A DNA stretch of 64,000 bases from a virus. The stretch is from the IMG/VR virus record IMGVR_UViG_3300032285_004008; one strand, given 5' to 3'. The position numbers and the translations under genes are program-made. Of this stretch, positions 15,776-24,957 are shown one piece after another; within the stretch, counting starts at the first letter, position 1; every line of letters starts with the position of its first letter. The notes under the pieces were generated by a model. It did not search any database. It was not told where the DNA came from and saw only the letters and a program-made list of their open reading frames with translations.

Positions 15776-18700
15776 ATGATTTTTAGAGGTAAATCTCTTA
15801 AAGTATTAAAAAAGCCGCTACTTATTACAGTAACGGCCCTTTTAGCTGCTCTACCTATTACAACAGCAGAAGTAGCGATAGCTCAGCAGGTTAGAACTTT
15901 CTCCTACCTCGAGAAGAATTATTACGAGCTCTACCCCCAGCAACAGCTGCAGCTATTACTAGCGCCACAAGCTCTACAAGAACAGTTAGGCCTACTCCCA
16001 GCCATAGGGATGCCCAATCAAGACCTGTTACAGCAACTACCATTTCACACCTCTTCTTCATCAGTTAGTGATTTACAGGCTACTCTAGCACAGCTACAGC
16101 AGCAATTGCAAGCGGCTCAGTCAACTCTTTCTTCAGCCCAGTCTGACCTACAAACTGCCCTATCCTCAAAAACCTCTACTTCAGCCCAGAGACAGTCAGC
16201 CCAGGATGCTTTAGACCAAGCACAGGGTCAGGTTGACACCCTACAGTCACAATACAATCAAGCCCTACTTGTCACCCAGTCTGCTCAACAGGCTCTACAG
16301 CAGGCTAACAATAACTACTCCCAAGCTCTTTCGCAGCTTCAAGATAGCAATCTAAATACTTCTACTCAAGTCACCAACTACAACCTAGCGCAATCAGCTC
16401 TAGAACTACAGCAACAGCGCGTACAAAACGCACTTGCAACTTTAAACGAAGCTATTCACCAGAACCAAGATGCACTTGATCTTCTAAACTCTGCTAACGA
16501 ATCGCTGACCGGTCAAACAAACACCACAAACCAAGCACAAGAAACATTAAGTGCCAAGCAAACTCAGTACGGCACAGCATCAGCAAACTTCCAACAAGCA
16601 ACTTCTGATTACAACTCAGCGCAGCAAGATTTAAATCAAGCTACAGCTACACAACAAGAAGAACAGCAGAACTACGATTATCTGTTAGGTGTCTACAATC
16701 AAGCAGTTGCAGATAGACAAGCAGCAGAAGTTTCCTACAATCAAGCAGTTTCCAACCACGCTTCAACCGAAGCAGATAAAGCAGCCAAACTAACTGCCAT
16801 GCAGCAAGCAGATGCTCGTGCTTATGAACTAAGTGCTATATACACAGCAGCTGCCGCTCAAGCAGACTTAACATATTCTCAGCTTGTTGTTGCTACACAA
16901 GATAAAGTATTTGCTCAGCAAACTTTGCAACAAGCACAAGCTGCATATGATGCTGCTGCTTCACTAACAATAACTCCACCAAGCACAGGTGCCGTTACTG
17001 CTGGACTGAAGGTAGATGTGTACAACAGCCTGAATCAGATTCCACCTCAACGCTCAACCACTGCCTACCACCTATGTAGGACAGAAACCATGAGCCAGAT
17101 TGCAAACAACTGGGGGTCTGGTTCTATAGAAGGTTGCGGTAGTGATCGCGTGATGGTTCACTACTACGGGTTTATTACCTACCCAACCACCGCTAGCGTC
17201 CAGTTCATGGCGCAGGCAGATGATGGTTTCTATATGACCATCAATGGAACACCTATTGTTACCGACTGGCGAGACAAGGGTTGCGGAGCTTCAAGCTTTA
17301 ATTACTTCCAATTCCAAGCAGGGGTTTCTTATGCCATCGATGCTTGGTTCTATGAGAATGGTGGCGGTGCTTGTTCTACCCTTTATGGCTACGACACCGC
17401 TTACTATCCTTACGGTTGGTTCGTAGTTCCTGCTTCTTTCTTCACCCAAGGTGAAGTCCCTCAGCCAATCCCAGTTCCAGTGCCTCAAACTATTATTGAT
17501 GCCCTTGCAGCTGCACAGGCACTTTACACAAACAAACTAGCAATCTATAACGATGCCGTAGCTCAAAATAACATTGCACAGGGTAATAAGCAAACAACCC
17601 TAGCTAATTACTCGAATGCAATTGATTACCGAAACCAGCGCATGTACGAGTATCAAGCAGCTGATGCAGCAAACAACCAAGCAATTCAAGACGAGCAGGA
17701 TGCCCTAGGAGTTCTTCAGTCTGCACAGGCTTCAGAGGAAGATGCTCTTCAAGCTCTCAATGAGCAAGCTCTTGTTCTAGATGCAGCTAATCAAGTTTTG
17801 GCAGATAAGCAAATGGTATTTGGTATAGCAACTTCTAATTTAGAGTCTGCACGCCAATCTCTATACCAAGCAGACCAAGAACTCGCAGCAGCTCAACAAG
17901 ACTACGACCAGCAAGTTTCTATTCTTCAGCAAGTACAGGACTATCGAGACCAGCTAGCAGCAAATCAAACTGCAACTGATTTACAGCAGCAAATTGCTCA
18001 GCAAGATTATGACAACGAACTAAACATCTTGCACTCACTAGAGCTAGCTCTTGCAGCCGCTCAGTCATCTCTAGAGCAAGCAACCGCAGCTGAGGCTGTT
18101 GCAGCGCAACTTCTAACCAGTGCTCAGCAAGACTTACTTCTAGCACAGCAAGACATAGAAGATGCACTAGTAGCAGAAGCTCAATCACTTGCAGATGCGC
18201 AATCTGCAGAGAGCGTAGAGTCCACCGTCTCATCAGAACTAAGTTCCGCAACCCAAATGGATGACTCTGCAACTACACAAGTTGCTTCTGCACAATCTTC
18301 AGTAGAATCAGCAACCGCTATTGTTTCCTCTACGCAAGATGCTATTGCCGCAATGGAAGCAGCTATAGCAGCTCAACAAGCAGCGGATGCTCAAGCAGCT
18401 CAGGAAGCTGCAGATGCAGCAGCAAAGGCAAAAGCAGAAGCAGACGCTAAAGCTGCAGCAGACGCACTAGCAGCTCAACAGGCGGCAGAAAAAGCAGCGG
18501 CAGAAAAAGCTGCAGCCGACAAGGCTGCTGCAGAAAAAGCAGCCGCTGATGCTCTTGCTGCACAACAAGCAGCTGATGCCGCCGCTAAAGCCAAAGCAGA
18601 TGCAGAGGCTGCCGCAGCAGCTAAAGCTGCCGCAGAAAAAGCAGCGGCAGAAAAAGCTGCAGCAGATGCTCAAGCAGCAGCCGAACAAGCAGCTAAAGAA

Positions 18701-19171
18701 GTTCCTAAGAAGGCAGCTGATATTCCAGTAACTATCTCTAGCGAACAACTTATGAAGGTAGACCTTAAACAAATTGTTGCTACTGATCTAACTCCAGTTC
18801 AGGCAGAGGCAATTAAATCTGCAGCTCTAGAAACTTTCCAAACTGCTGACCAAGGCTCACCACAGTATCAGCAAGCTCTTGATGCGCTAGCAGTGGCAGC
18901 TAAAGCAGATGACATTGTTGTTGACCCATCACTTGCAGCAATACCAGGTGTTGGACAGGCAGCTGAAGCTGCAGCAGCAGTAATTAACCTCCTTGGAAAC
19001 GTTGGTGCTGACATCTCTCCACAGGTTCGTAAGAAAGCTCAGGAAGCAACCGTTGCGGCAGTTATCGTCGGTCAGGTTGCAGGAGCAGCAGTATCAGCAG
19101 CAACTTCGGGTTCAGCGGGTGCATCCGGTGGATCTTCAAGAAACAACACCAATAGAAAGAATGGAAAATAG
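15776..19171 (+). CDS. Large exported coiled-coil protein with a central PA14-like domain and TolA-like Ala/Lys/Glu repeats
   Basis: Signal-peptide-like N-terminus; Q/A heptads; ADDGF..W.D..YENGGGA PA14 motifs; AAAEKAAA repeats. Confidence 0.8.
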   Translation: MIFRGKSLKVLKKPLLITVTALLAALPITTAEVAIAQQVRTFSYLEKNYYELYPQQQLQLLLAPQALQEQLGLLPAIGMPNQDLLQQLPFHTSSSSVSDLQATLAQLQQQLQAAQSTLSSAQSDLQTALSSKTSTSAQRQSAQDALDQAQGQVDTLQSQYNQALLVTQSAQQALQQANNNYSQALSQLQDSNLNTSTQVTNYNLAQSALELQQQRVQNALATLNEAIHQNQDALDLLNSANESLTGQTNTTNQAQETLSAKQTQYGTASANFQQATSDYNSAQQDLNQATATQQEEQQNYDYLLGVYNQAVADRQAAEVSYNQAVSNHASTEADKAAKLTAMQQADARAYELSAIYTAAAAQADLTYSQLVVATQDKVFAQQTLQQAQAAYDAAASLTITPPSTGAVTAGLKVDVYNSLNQIPPQRSTTAYHLCRTETMSQIANNWGSGSIEGCGSDRVMVHYYGFITYPTTASVQFMAQADDGFYMTINGTPIVTDWRDKGCGASSFNYFQFQAGVSYAIDAWFYENGGGACSTLYGYDTAYYPYGWFVVPASFFTQGEVPQPIPVPVPQTIIDALAAAQALYTNKLAIYNDAVAQNNIAQGNKQTTLANYSNAIDYRNQRMYEYQAADAANNQAIQDEQDALGVLQSAQASEEDALQALNEQALVLDAANQVLADKQMVFGIATSNLESARQSLYQADQELAAAQQDYDQQVSILQQVQDYRDQLAANQTATDLQQQIAQQDYDNELNILHSLELALAAAQSSLEQATAAEAVAAQLLTSAQQDLLLAQQDIEDALVAEAQSLADAQSAESVESTVSSELSSATQMDDSATTQVASAQSSVESATAIVSSTQDAIAAMEAAIAAQQAADAQAAQEAADAAAKAKAEADAKAAADALAAQQAAEKAAAEKAAADKAAAEKAAADALAAQQAADAAAKAKADAEAAAAAKAAAEKAAAEKAAADAQAAAEQAAKEVPKKAADIPVTISSEQLMKVDLKQIVATDLTPVQAEAIKSAALETFQTADQGSPQYQQALDALAVAAKADDIVVDPSLAAIPGVGQAAEAAAAVINLLGNVGADISPQVRKKAQEATVAAVIVGQVAGAAVSAATSGSAGASGGSSRNNTNRKNGK
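18365..18700 (+). repeat. Low-complexity AAAEK/AAADA coding repeats
   Basis: Repeated GCAGAAAAAGCAGCGGCAGAAAAAGCTGCA units. Confidence 0.8.
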
Positions 19172-19173
19172 AA

Positions 19174-19371
19174 ATGAAACACTTTCTTAAAGCACTACTA
19201 CAGGATCTAGTTGACCAAGCATGGACCTTGCTAGGTCTAGGAACTGCTTGGGTGCTACTAGAGGGCTCAGCAAGAGCTCTAGTTGGGAACATGATTCTAA
19301 TTACCCTTGCAATCTGGATAATTACATTCCCAATTTTCCGCTACGAAAAAGAAGACAAATCTGGTGAATAA
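19174..19371 (+). CDS. Small two-TM membrane protein
   Basis: Two hydrophobic segments; starts 3 nt after the large gene. Confidence 0.75.
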   Translation: MKHFLKALLQDLVDQAWTLLGLGTAWVLLEGSARALVGNMILITLAIWIITFPIFRYEKEDKSGE

Positions 19372-19558
19372 CGGATCAGCCTGTCTAATTTGTGGAGAAT
19401 CGCATGATATCTCCATGGACATTCGTCAGGCTGCCTATACCGCTATTTACAGGGCCCAGATGGACTACGGGGACAAACTCCCATGGCGCGAAGAGCGGGA
19501 ACTTTTCCACAAAGTAGTCCACGAATACTCCGCAAATAACCCTGGTAAAATTAGCTAG
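19364..19558 (+). CDS. Hypothetical protein
   Basis: Overlap-coupled ORF with a CxxC..H motif. Confidence 0.55.
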   Translation: MNNGSACLICGESHDISMDIRQAAYTAIYRAQMDYGDKLPWREERELFHKVVHEYSANNPGKIS

Positions 19559-19779
19559 TGAAACGCTTACTCAACTACCTAAAGTTCTACTTTGAGCCGA
19601 ACAGTAAAGACCTCCGTCGAGAGGCTTTTATTTCGGCTAAGTTCTATTTTAGAGATAAGCCCAAGCACAACAATTACACACTAAGAACAATAGAGTTTCA
19701 GGCATATCAACAGGCTTATATAAGGGCCTATAGAGAGTCTTATGCCGAAAAGAAACTTGAAACATTAACTTCTAACTAG
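19558..19779 (+). CDS. Hypothetical protein
   Basis: Overlap-coupled ORF. Confidence 0.55.
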   Translation: MKRLLNYLKFYFEPNSKDLRREAFISAKFYFRDKPKHNNYTLRTIEFQAYQQAYIRAYRESYAEKKLETLTSN

Positions 19780-19788
19780 GAGAGAAAA

Positions 19789-20607
19789 GTGGCAGCAGCA
19801 AAACCACGCGTTCAATATAAAGAACCGTTTGATAAGAAGCTTCGTAATGACCAGTTTGGCAATATGGCTCCTTACCGTTCACACCCACACCGCGGGACCG
19901 ACTGGTCTCCAAAGGAACTTAGCCCAATCCCATCTGCAGCCGAGGGTAAGGTTACTCAGGTATTCTGGTCTAACGTTCTAGGCTGGGTTGTAGAAATTCT
20001 TCACGCAGATGGCGTTTACTTCCAGTACTGCCACATCGCACCAAAGACTGTATGCGTTGACCCAGGCGAGACTGTAAAGCTTGGTCAGATTATTGGTAAA
20101 GTTGGTGGCGGTAAGAAGACTCCGTCGGGCTCTGCCTCAACTGGTGCCCACCTACATCTTGGAGCTTCACGCGTCAAGAACGGGCACCTTGCACCTTATG
20201 ACAAGCTGATGGACCCAACCAAGTGGATTGTTGCTAACCTAAATCCAGTAACCCCAGCGGCTGACGCAGCCCCTGCAACCCCTGCAGCCTCTGCAGAACC
20301 AGTAGCAGCAGCTACAACACCTGATGCAGCTCCGGCTGCACCAGCAGCACCTGTAGCAAATGCACCTGCAGCACCCGCAGACTTCCACTCAGAAGTTCTA
20401 AAGATTGACCTCTCAAAGCGTCCAAAGATTAAGCCAGGAGACAAGAGCAACTACGTTGCTTACGTTCAGGCTAAGTTTGGTCAGACCCCTACTGGCGTCT
20501 ATGACAACAAGCTAAAGAAGGCAGTTATTGATCTTCAGAAGAAGAACAAGTATGTAGCTGACGGTGTCTTCGGAAACCTAACCTGGGCAAAGGTTATTGA
20601 ACTCTAA
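19789..20607 (+). CDS. M23 peptidase with Ala/Pro linker and PG-binding domain (endolysin-like)
   Basis: HRGTD, YCH, STGAHLH; Q..N...ADGVFGNLTW. Confidence 0.85.
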   Translation: MAAAKPRVQYKEPFDKKLRNDQFGNMAPYRSHPHRGTDWSPKELSPIPSAAEGKVTQVFWSNVLGWVVEILHADGVYFQYCHIAPKTVCVDPGETVKLGQIIGKVGGGKKTPSGSASTGAHLHLGASRVKNGHLAPYDKLMDPTKWIVANLNPVTPAADAAPATPAASAEPVAAATTPDAAPAAPAAPVANAPAAPADFHSEVLKIDLSKRPKIKPGDKSNYVAYVQAKFGQTPTGVYDNKLKKAVIDLQKKNKYVADGVFGNLTWAKVIEL

Positions 20608-21134
20608 TGAAGAAGATTCTTGCTACCCTAGCTACTCTATTGCTTGCACTAGGCACAACTGCCCCAGCTCTAGCAATTGACTGGCAGCTACAGGATAAGA
20701 AGATTACCCCAGGATTGCTCAATCCTTCAGTGGTTCAGTCTGACATTAAAACAACTGTTTGTAAGTCTGGTTGGACAGCAACAATTCGTCCAACTGTCAC
20801 ATATACAAATAAGTTGAAGATGGTTCAGCTTAAGGGCGAATATGCTTTTGAGACCAAGGTATATGGTACCGATGCCTCAGCTTACGAAGAAGATCACCTA
20901 ATCTCTTTGCAGCTGGGTGGAGACCCATCTAATCCTAAGAACCTATGGCCTCAACCATATGTCGGTCAAAATGCTCGTAAAAAGGATGTTGTAGAGACAG
21001 CTCTAAAGCGTCTAGTTTGCGCAGGAACTATTACTCTTGCTACTGCCCAGTCTGCAATTCTTGACTGGCCTACAGCCTATAAGAAGTACGTTACTAAGGC
21101 AGATACCACTGTAGTTAATAACGAAGATAACTAA
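20607..21134 (+). CDS. Secreted HNH-like protein
   Basis: Signal peptide; YEEDHLISLQLGG.P..PKNLWPQP. Confidence 0.7.
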   Translation: MKKILATLATLLLALGTTAPALAIDWQLQDKKITPGLLNPSVVQSDIKTTVCKSGWTATIRPTVTYTNKLKMVQLKGEYAFETKVYGTDASAYEEDHLISLQLGGDPSNPKNLWPQPYVGQNARKKDVVETALKRLVCAGTITLATAQSAILDWPTAYKKYVTKADTTVVNNEDN

Positions 21135-21146
21135 ATAGCTTCTTAA

Positions 21147-21181
21147 GAAGACCCCTATTAATTTAGGGGTTTTTCTTTTTT
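21147..21181 (+). terminator. Intrinsic terminator
   Basis: ACCCCTA..TAGGGGT plus T-run. Confidence 0.7.
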
Positions 21182-21198
21182 AGGAGTACAATAGGCTT

Positions 21199-21384
21199 AT
21201 GGATACTAAAAAGAAGAGTATATTTAAGAGTTTTAGCTGGCAGATATCTCACGGTATGATTGCTATGTTGTTTGCATATTTAATCTCTGGAAAGCTATAT
21301 GTCGCTGCTGCTATCGCAGGCGTAGAGCTTCTCTGGGAACCAGTAGCCTACTACCTACACGAACGAGCATGGTCTAAATTTTAA
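21199..21384 (+). CDS. DUF2061-like membrane protein (copy 1)
   Basis: KS.SW..YYLHERAW. Confidence 0.75.
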   Translation: MDTKKKSIFKSFSWQISHGMIAMLFAYLISGKLYVAAAIAGVELLWEPVAYYLHERAWSKF

Positions 21385-21392
21385 GGATAAAC

Positions 21393-21587
21393 ATGGATAC
21401 CAAGAAGAGAAGCCTTCTTAAAACCATCAGCTGGCACATTGTTCACCTGCTAGTTGCTGGAACCGTCGCACTTATCATCACTCACCGATTTGATTTTGCA
21501 GCTATGATTGCCTCTGCTGAGCTCTTATGGGAGTCAGTACTGTTCTATACTCATGAGCGAGCATGGTCTAAAGTGCCTAAGAAGTAG
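21393..21587 (+). CDS. DUF2061-like membrane protein (copy 2)
   Basis: RSLLKTISW..FYTHERAW. Confidence 0.8.
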   Translation: MDTKKRSLLKTISWHIVHLLVAGTVALIITHRFDFAAMIASAELLWESVLFYTHERAWSKVPKK

Positions 21588-21627
21588 AAAAAACCCCCGT
21601 AGATATCTCTACAGGGGGTTCTTTTTT
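21588..21627. terminator. Bidirectional terminator between convergent genes
   Basis: A-run, CCCCC..GGGGG stem, T-run. Confidence 0.8.
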
Positions 21628-21632
21628 AGGCT

Positions 21633-21944
21633 TTACTTAAATGGATCGTCATCCCCAAAGTCATCATCCTCATCGAGTTCATCTAGAAGCTCCATATTAA
21701 GACTACGGTTAATAGAATCAATAATGTCCTTGAAGGAAGTATTTACACGAGCTAGATTCTGATTACGAGCATGTAGCTCAATCATCTCAGCCTTATAAAT
21801 CAAGACTGCCATCTTCTTCTGATCACGCTCAGATAGATTTTTAAACAGAGGATTGCTCAGAAGCATAATAAAAATGTCTGACATGTGGCGTTGCTTCTGG
21901 ATCTTTAGTAACTGACGTTCATTCATTGAAGCAGTGCCTTTCAA
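21633..21944 (-). CDS. Hypothetical protein
   Basis: ORF with an acidic tail. Confidence 0.6.
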   Translation of the reverse strand: MKGTASMNERQLLKIQKQRHMSDIFIMLLSNPLFKNLSERDQKKMAVLIYKAEMIELHARNQNLARVNTSFKDIIDSINRSLNMELLDELDEDDDFGDDDPFK

Positions 21945-21974
21945 TTTATTTCTTTTATTTAGTTTACAAGTATT

Positions 21975-22295
21975 TTAAAAGAACTTATTTAGTTCTTCCT
22001 GCAATACAGACTTAGGCTTAGCTCCAGTTATGGAATGTAGCACTTCTCCACCCTTAAATACAAGTAGGGTAGGGATGCTTGATACTCCATATTTTGAAAC
22101 TGTATCAGGGTTTGCATCAGCGTCAACCTTAAACCATGATGCTTTATCTGCATTTTCTTCAGAAAGCATGTTCAAAATAGGAGCCAACTGCTTACAAGGA
22201 CCACACCAAGTAGCCCAAATATCGACAATTACAGTTCCTTCTGCATTGACAACCTTGTCATCAAAGTCAGCAGTAGTCAAAACTTCCAGTGCCAT
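21975..22295 (-). CDS. trxA: Thioredoxin
   Basis: WATWCGPCK, SIPTL. Confidence 0.95.
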   Translation of the reverse strand: MALEVLTTADFDDKVVNAEGTVIVDIWATWCGPCKQLAPILNMLSEENADKASWFKVDADANPDTVSKYGVSSIPTLLVFKGGEVLHSITGAKPKSVLQEELNKFF

Positions 22296-22302
22296 TTCAT
22301 TC

Positions 22303-22488
22303 CTATTCGTATTTAAAGATATGTAGGATTCCGTCTTTATCTAAGAAATAGACATCATCCCAACTACTATAGTTGATAATCCCTAGCTTATGTAGATACT
22401 CAAAAGTTTCTTTACGTCCAGCGTATTTAACTTCATCTTTGATTTCCCGTGGCTTCCTTTTTGGAGGCTTAGCGGGTCCGTGATCCAT
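22303..22488 (-). CDS. Hypothetical protein
   Basis: 61-aa ORF coupled to the upstream gene. Confidence 0.55.
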   Translation of the reverse strand: MDHGPAKPPKRKPREIKDEVKYAGRKETFEYLHKLGIINYSSWDDVYFLDKDGILHIFKYE

Positions 22489-22661
22489 TAGTTAACAGTT
22501 TCGTCGTCTAGCTCCAAGACCATTTCCCAAAATTGAATATCAGTAACAAGAGCATCTAATTTACGTCCAACTTCTTCAAGATTCTTAGCAGTTCTGTCAA
22601 CCTTTGCATCGATTCGATCCCACTCCTCGTGAATCCATTCGCTACTTTCATTATGTTCCAT
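22488..22661 (-). CDS. Small coiled-coil hypothetical protein
   Basis: Start moved to MEHN (GAGG RBS) so the gene clears tRNA-Asp. Confidence 0.55.
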   Translation of the reverse strand: MEHNESSEWIHEEWDRIDAKVDRTAKNLEEVGRKLDALVTDIQFWEMVLELDDETVN

Positions 22662-22707
22662 TGAACTGCCTCTCTTATCTCTATTCATAGTTGCGTCTAC
22701 TATATAG

Positions 22708-22781
22708 CGAACCCAACCGGACTTGAACCGGCGACCTCCGCCGTGACAGGGCGGCGCTCTAACCAACTGAGCTATGAGTCC
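22708..22781 (-). tRNA. tRNA-Asp(GTC)
   Basis: GGACTCATAGCTCAGTTGGTTAGAGC..CTGTCAC..GGTTCAAGTCC cloverleaf; no encoded CCA. Confidence 0.95.
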
Positions 22782-22800
22782 ATCTACTTAAAGTATACAG

Positions 22801-22873
22801 CCCCCTATGAGAGATTCGAACTCCCGGCCTTACGGGTAGAAACCGTCTGCGCTATCCACTGCGCCAATAGGGG
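22801..22873 (-). tRNA. tRNA-Arg(TCT)
   Basis: CCCCTAT acceptor, TTTCTAC anticodon loop, GTTCGAATC T-loop. Confidence 0.9.
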
Positions 22874-22917
22874 GTATATAAGGTAAGTATAGAAACCTAT
22901 AAACCCTATGTCAAATT

Positions 22918-23451
22918 TTAGCTATTAATAGGCTCGAGAGTAGGCTGATCTGGCTCGATAACAAAGATATCTTCTGGGATAGCGTAACGGAAAGATCCTT
23001 CATTTATTGCACGAATATTGAATGCATGATCTTCAGTTGGAGAGAAGTAAATAATGCTTCCAGACTTAGGCTTTACTACAAACTCCTGATTTACGAAGTC
23101 GAGCTCCCCACCTTCATAGTCATCATTCACAATAATCAAGCATGACATAAGACAGCGATCATCTTCACGAAGGTGCGCATAGTGCACTACATCGTGCTCT
23201 CCAGGCTCACGACGCTGAATACGATTAGCGTTTCTAACTATATATTCTGACGGGTCAAATAGCGTACGTAGTCTATCTAATACAGCAGATGACAGCCCAA
23301 TGCTACTGATATTAGGGCTCTCGTCTCCTCGCTTATTCCAGTCTTCAGTTGTAAGGGTGGAGCAGTAGTTCAAAATTAGAGCTACCTCTTCTTGAGATAG
23401 AAAGTTTTCGGCAATGAAAATACCTGGGTGTACTTCGATTGGAGCATCCAT
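22918..23451 (-). CDS. 2OG-Fe(II) oxygenase fold, P4H-like (#3), degenerate iron ligands
   Basis: VNDDYEGGELDF..KPKSGS..RY retained; HxD and distal His not canonical. Confidence 0.8.
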   Translation of the reverse strand: MDAPIEVHPGIFIAENFLSQEEVALILNYCSTLTTEDWNKRGDESPNISSIGLSSAVLDRLRTLFDPSEYIVRNANRIQRREPGEHDVVHYAHLREDDRCLMSCLIIVNDDYEGGELDFVNQEFVVKPKSGSIIYFSPTEDHAFNIRAINEGSFRYAIPEDIFVIEPDQPTLEPINS

Positions 23452-23548
23452 TTTAGGTCCTAATATTGGGAGAGTTATACCCCAATTTTACCACAGGGCG
23501 GGCAATAAGAAACCGGACAGCCCTAAGGGCTGCCCGGCTCCTAAGCTC

Positions 23549-23989
23549 TTAAAGAGCTACTTTAATTACCTGCGGTAGGCGATACTTATCATAATTGTAG
23601 CTTTTATTAGCATTGAACTCCTTTGATGCCTCTTCATAGGTCTCAAATAGCTGAATAAAAACCTCCATATGACCAAGGTTATTGCGTCTACCATTTTGCT
23701 CTGACCCATAGTAATCGCCAGAGTATCTCTCACGAATGACTGCCCAATTACCGCTACCGTCAATATATGGGCGGTCTAGGTGCGCATTCTCACCATTGTG
23801 CCGATAACGCTTACCAATAGCACATTTAAAGAAGGTCTCAGCAGTCTTATGTGACTTAGAACATTTACAGTTGCTCCATGTAGATACTGGAGCTTTAGCG
23901 GCAATTTCTTTAGCTTTCTGCTCATACTTCTGACGAGACTCTTCACCAAGAGCAGCAAGTTCTGCCCACGAGATCTGATTAGATGACAT
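23549..23989 (-). CDS. Hypothetical protein
   Basis: 146 aa, CKCSKSH motif, coupled to the Hsp20 gene. Confidence 0.65.
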   Translation of the reverse strand: MSSNQISWAELAALGEESRQKYEQKAKEIAAKAPVSTWSNCKCSKSHKTAETFFKCAIGKRYRHNGENAHLDRPYIDGSGNWAVIRERYSGDYYGSEQNGRRNNLGHMEVFIQLFETYEEASKEFNANKSYNYDKYRLPQVIKVAL

Positions 23990-24843
23990 TATGCCTCCAC
24001 GATCTTCTTGTAGGCAATCATGTAGCCAGTACTCGAGTACTTACCATCTTTATTCACACAATGAGGGCTACGATGCTCTGGCTCATATTTACCATCATTA
24101 CCTTCAGGCATACCATGGGTGTGATATTTCAAGCACTCATCACAATAGACATATACAATCTCTGCACCAGGGTAGCTAGGATTTGGTTCTGATTTATCAA
24201 TGTAGAGAATAGGTATATCAGACGTACCTTCTTTTACAGAGATATCAACTACATCGTCATACTCCACAGGGTATTCTTCAACGACGGTAATGACTAGCAT
24301 TCCATTATCTAAAAAGGCTTTACGAACCTTAGCCCACGGGGTTAGTAGGAAACTACGATGAAAGTTACGAGCAGCAATCCCGCTGTACTGAGTAGTTTCA
24401 GAAAGTACTACCGTCTCACTATCATCCGAGTTCTTATTAACCTTAAATTGAGCTGTACCTTTAGGAGCTTCACCATCAATATATAGGGTCCCACGGATCA
24501 AAGATACTGATAAATCACCTGCTGTAAACCCAGATACCGCCATAGTAATCTGATACTCAGTAGATTTTAGTGATGATTTACTATCATAAATGTGTTTAAC
24601 ATTAATCGTATGAAATGGATAATTATCCTTTTGAGGGTACTCAAAGAAGTCTGTCATCTCCTGTAGAAGAGATTGATACCCAATTGAATACTTATGTATT
24701 CCAGGATAGTTTTTTTCCATTTCAGCATTTAGTTTCTCTAGATAGTCAGCTACTCGCTCTGTATCTACAAGCCCAAATGGACGAGATGGTACATCTGCAT
24801 CTAGTGCTTTGACGCCATCTTCTTTTGTTCTATTTACTGCCAT
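23989..24843 (-). CDS. Small heat-shock protein (Hsp20/IbpA-like) with a C-terminal Cys/His domain
   Basis: NYPF..ITMAVSGF..GIAARNFHRSF..A.LDNGMLVI; C-terminal CDECLKYHTHG..HRSPHC. Confidence 0.85.
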   Translation of the reverse strand: MAVNRTKEDGVKALDADVPSRPFGLVDTERVADYLEKLNAEMEKNYPGIHKYSIGYQSLLQEMTDFFEYPQKDNYPFHTINVKHIYDSKSSLKSTEYQITMAVSGFTAGDLSVSLIRGTLYIDGEAPKGTAQFKVNKNSDDSETVVLSETTQYSGIAARNFHRSFLLTPWAKVRKAFLDNGMLVITVVEEYPVEYDDVVDISVKEGTSDIPILYIDKSEPNPSYPGAEIVYVYCDECLKYHTHGMPEGNDGKYEPEHRSPHCVNKDGKYSSTGYMIAYKKIVEA

Positions 24844-24953
24844 ACTAATTCACTCCTTACGACGTGAAGTTACGGCTGTGCCCCAGTTATAAATCCTGCC
24901 CGAAGCACAGCACTTGTTATAGAGACCCGATTGGCATCTCTACATTTAGTATA
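24844..24953 (-). promoter_or_regulatory. TATACT promoter and three-hairpin 5'UTR of the Hsp20 gene (RNA-thermometer-like)
   Basis: Hairpins at 24920-24942, 24875-24911 and 24847-24870; the last covers the AAGGAG SD. Confidence 0.6.
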
Positions 24954-24957
24954 GGGG

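Noticed and set aside
15776-19171. Tape measure protein
   Set aside because: Export-signal-like start, PA14-like domain and location away from tail genes do not fit
22662-22766. N-terminal extension of ORF 22488..22766
   Set aside because: It reads through tRNA-Asp; a downstream start with an RBS exists
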